35,633 nt of DNA from a candidate division WOR-3 bacterium. Lineage in GTDB: Bacteria > Hydrothermota > Tepidihabitantia > Tepidihabitantales > Tepidihabitantaceae. A program made the position numbers and the translations under genes. The notes below the pieces were generated by a model that saw only the letters and a program-made list of their open reading frames with translations, was not told where the DNA came from and did no database searches. This document shows, piece after piece, positions 33,701 to 35,633 of this stretch (its first letter is position 1; the number at the start of each line of letters is the position of its first letter). Where the stretch lies: the NCBI GenBank assembly GCA_965649205.1, contig CBFGJV010000022.1, positions 1 through 35,633 on the forward strand, written 5' to 3'.

Positions 33701-35633
33701 GCAACCTGAATCTTGCCGGCGGCACTCTGGCTGATGGCGGCTTTACGATTACAGTAAGAGGTGACATTCTGGGCTCTGGCACGCGCAGCGGCACGGGCAA
33801 GATACTATTAGCGAACGGCACAGCTCCGCACAACCTCACCTGCACCGGTACTCTGGGCAATCTGGAGTTGAACGACGAGCAGGGAGCTACGCACAATGCG
33901 AGCTTCACAGTGGGCAGCCTCACAATTACTTCCGGTAACTATGCGATTGGCGCCTACAGTATTACCGTAACCGGCACCACCACTGTGGCTGGAACTCTCA
34001 CCTTTAACTCAACTACCGGCACCAAGATATTCGCCGGTCTGGTCACGATACAGAGTGGCGGTGTGTGGAACAACAGCATAAACAGCGCGGTCACTTTCCG
34101 CGGCGGCATTACCAACAACGGCACTTTCACCGCGGGCACCGGCACGCACACCTTTGATACAAACGCGCAGGCGCTGACCGGGACTTTCACTATTCCCAAC
34201 ATCACAGCGAACACAATTGTCACCAACAACGGCAGCCTGCTCTGCGCTAACTCTCTCGGCGGTACCGGCACCTTTGTGAACGGCGCGGGCGCAACTCTGG
34301 AGCTGAAGATGGCTTCGGTGGGCGTAACCACCTTTACTCCCAATGGTGCCGGAAATACAGTTGTCTACAGCGGCTCCGTAACGCAGAATATACGAGCGGC
34401 AGCTTACCAGAATTTGACCATAGCGCCTACTGCGGCAATCACGGTGAACCTGGGCGGCGCGACGACTGTGAACGGTGCACTAACGGTTGCGTCCCCTGCA
34501 ACAGTTACCACGACTACGAACAGCGGCTACACTTGGATAGTGGTCGGACCCACCAACATTTCCGGCACGATGACCATAGCCGTGTCGGGCACGCACACGT
34601 TTGGCGATGTGACGGTGAATACGGGCGGTACCTGGAGCAACCCGGCGAACTCATCTATAACTATCAACGGCAGTCTGTCCAACTCCGGTACCTTTACGCC
34701 GGGTACAGGGACCTACACATTGCAGGAAGTTGGCAAGACCATCTCCGGCACCTTCCCGACTGCGTTCAACGCCATTACGGTGCCCACGGGTGCTTCCTAC
34801 ACGAGCACGGCCACGATGAGCGTGGCTACGCTCACAGTCAACGGCACTGGCACATTCACCAACAATGGTGCTCTCACTGTGACCAGCTCGCTCACCGGCA
34901 CGGGCGCGTTCTACAACGGTGCAGGCAAGACTCTGTATCTGAGCGGCAATACGAACAACATTACGACCTTTGATGCCAGCGCCGAGGGCAACACGGTGGT
35001 GTTCAATGGTGGTACCCAGACAGCCCGAGGCGGTTCCTATGTGAACTTTGTGGCCAATGCCACTACCTCGGTGACGCTCCTGAGCGCAGTTACAGTTAGC
35101 GGCGATCTGACAGTGGCTAGTGGTATTCTGGATGATGGCGGATACCAGATATCAGGCGCCACGTTTGACGACGCTGCTTCGTTTGGCGAGAACAAGGCTC
35201 CCGGAGCGATTGATGCGGGTGGCACGCTGACGGTGAACAACGGCGCTACCCTGCGTTTGGGTTCGGCCACTGTGGCCACCACCTTCCCGACCAACTTCAC
35301 CACCGTTGACCTGAAGACAGGCAGCACGGTTGCCTACAATGCGGGTGTGGCGCAGACAGTAGCAGGTAGGGAATACTTCAACCTGACCTTGAGCGGCTCC
35401 TCGGTGAAGACCGCGGCTGGCAATGTTACGGTGAACGGCACCTTGAACATTGCCGCAGGCACTTTCAACGACGGCGGGTACATCATAACTGCCAAGGGCA
35501 CGGTAACCAATGCCGGCGCGCATGCCAGCACCGGTTCAGGCAAACTGCTGTTTACCGGCAGCACGGCCCCGCGCACGATTACAACCGCGGGTAACTTTGG
35601 CAATGTGGAGATTGACGATCCCCAAGGCGTGAG
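30757..35633 (+). CDS. Giant secreted Gly/Thr/Asn-rich beta-strand repeat protein (adhesin-like), partial, >1625 aa
   Basis: Absent from the ORF track because it has no stop in the window. SD AGGAGG, ATG 30757. MSRQSLAAVLIGLFAVGLVFTVQA signal, then SVQDGSW..GATW...PGASDDVVINH and repeated Y.G..AQT / YHNL / V.GNL motifs. Frame is still open at the right edge. Confidence 0.9.
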   Translation, partial: MSRQSLAAVLIGLFAVGLVFTVQAAVFTSVQDGSWQDGATWDQAGATPGASDDVVINHAVTTSANITITGVTINSGGSLALGTYTLTATGAFVVDGAITGTGLITLSGTANVGGAGTIAGPVSFTGSRTILATTALTIGGKVTTSVALTIPAGASLTIGGGIDIAGTVTITNNGTVDVTGSIERTSTYTPTWTQGNNSVLKVSGSLLSAAGTLNATANGNLVEYKGAAQTVKSNNYWHLTLSGSGTKTLQSGTTSISGNLVLAGTCNTTTPTTTGLTIGGNLVVGSGTTFNINYTSAVTFTVTGTTTVGGNLVFQSTTGTKIFAGLVTIENGGVWNNSINSAVTFRGGITNNGTFTAGTGTHTFATNDQILTGTFVIPNITVTVITLTNKGSVLCATSLGGTGTFLNDENATLEVRMATVGVTNLNAGATGNTVIYSGTAAQTIKVPVANTYHNLRISTSSGIAATAGGAFAINGNLLVTSGIFADGGYTITGNSTGTLQVNAGAEIRFGAGGATTTDFPANFTSDNIILQPGSTVHYNQTSNMTLSGVKTTFHHLTFSAAGTRTLPANITVNGNLTLNAGTLNDGGYTLEVRGNITNSGTITGSGSGKVLLANGTAVHTLSGTGSYRNLELNDPLGANMGAAFTINGNLTITSGQFATGTYAITVNGVTTTVAGTTPGIFLANGAVTGTRAFNGGIVNGGQFNITTGTATTFSTSDLTSTGVWNNAINQPITISGNLSVTGGTFTAGTGTYTMSGNNKTIQGTLAIPNLTISAGTVYNLGTLTSTGTISLSAAASKLVNNGVITAAAITGGAAGSTFENAQDATLNIRGALLATGTLIANAPGNTIEYNGTAAQTAKLPTPAVYHNLLVNNTTTVTMGGAVTVNGDLTVNSGTLSDGAYQITGTSTGTLTVANGATLQIGAGGATVTSFPTTFGTITLGATSTVNYNYTEAGSVSHVPTYGHLTVTGASTKTATGDITVVGNLNLAGGTLADGGFTITVRGDILGSGTRSGTGKILLANGTAPHNLTCTGTLGNLELNDEQGATHNASFTVGSLTITSGNYAIGAYSITVTGTTTVAGTLTFNSTTGTKIFAGLVTIQSGGVWNNSINSAVTFRGGITNNGTFTAGTGTHTFDTNAQALTGTFTIPNITANTIVTNNGSLLCANSLGGTGTFVNGAGATLELKMASVGVTTFTPNGAGNTVVYSGSVTQNIRAAAYQNLTIAPTAAITVNLGGATTVNGALTVASPATVTTTTNSGYTWIVVGPTNISGTMTIAVSGTHTFGDVTVNTGGTWSNPANSSITINGSLSNSGTFTPGTGTYTLQEVGKTISGTFPTAFNAITVPTGASYTSTATMSVATLTVNGTGTFTNNGALTVTSSLTGTGAFYNGAGKTLYLSGNTNNITTFDASAEGNTVVFNGGTQTARGGSYVNFVANATTSVTLLSAVTVSGDLTVASGILDDGGYQISGATFDDAASFGENKAPGAIDAGGTLTVNNGATLRLGSATVATTFPTNFTTVDLKTGSTVAYNAGVAQTVAGREYFNLTLSGSSVKTAAGNVTVNGTLNIAAGTFNDGGYIITAKGTVTNAGAHASTGSGKLLFTGSTAPRTITTAGNFGNVEIDDPQGV
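31708..31849 (+). repeat. 142-bp intragenic direct repeat, copy 1
   Basis: 139/142 identical to 34015-34156 by manual comparison. Confidence 0.9.
34015..34156 (+). repeat. 142-bp intragenic direct repeat, copy 2
   Basis: Offset 2307 bp (769 codons) from copy 1, same frame. Confidence 0.9.

Noticed and set aside
31708..34156. 142-bp repeat pair as DGR template and variable repeats
   Set aside because: The three differences (G/C, A/G, T/C) are not adenine-specific. Both copies are in-frame parts of one repetitive gene far from the RT.

Overview
Bacterial chromosomal window, probably from an FCB-group lineage such as candidate division WOR-3. This is inferred from several secreted proteins with T9SS-type C-terminal tails. 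The left end holds the trailer of a CRISPR array (36-bp repeat), then an RT-Cas1 fusion, cas2 and an N-domain-less Clp-type double-AAA+ ATPase; 7-bp tandem repeats bracket the RT-cas1/cas2 module. Next come two tandem paralogous S8 proteases and a minus-strand block (methyltransferase, lipoprotein, OMP, nadA, DUF488, scpA, DUF362, amrS, PEGA). A plus-strand block follows: beta-helix protein, FG-GAP protein, TMTC-like TPR protein, a small helical protein, pdxJ, secD, secF, pgpA, pncC/cinA, thpR, nfeD, SPFH, a Na/Ca antiporter, and a giant beta-repeat surface protein running off the right end. Most notable: (1) a stand-alone 122-aa gene resembling the major capsid protein of rudiviruses (SIRV2 fold), directly downstream of a ~290-bp tract with 12-bp phasing; (2) an FG-GAP protein with an in-frame UGA-Cys and a SECIS-like hairpin, a candidate secreted selenoprotein; (3) the RT-Cas1 module with the adjacent atypical Clp ATPase; (4) several apparently leaderless genes. 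All family calls come from motif recognition by eye; no searches were run.
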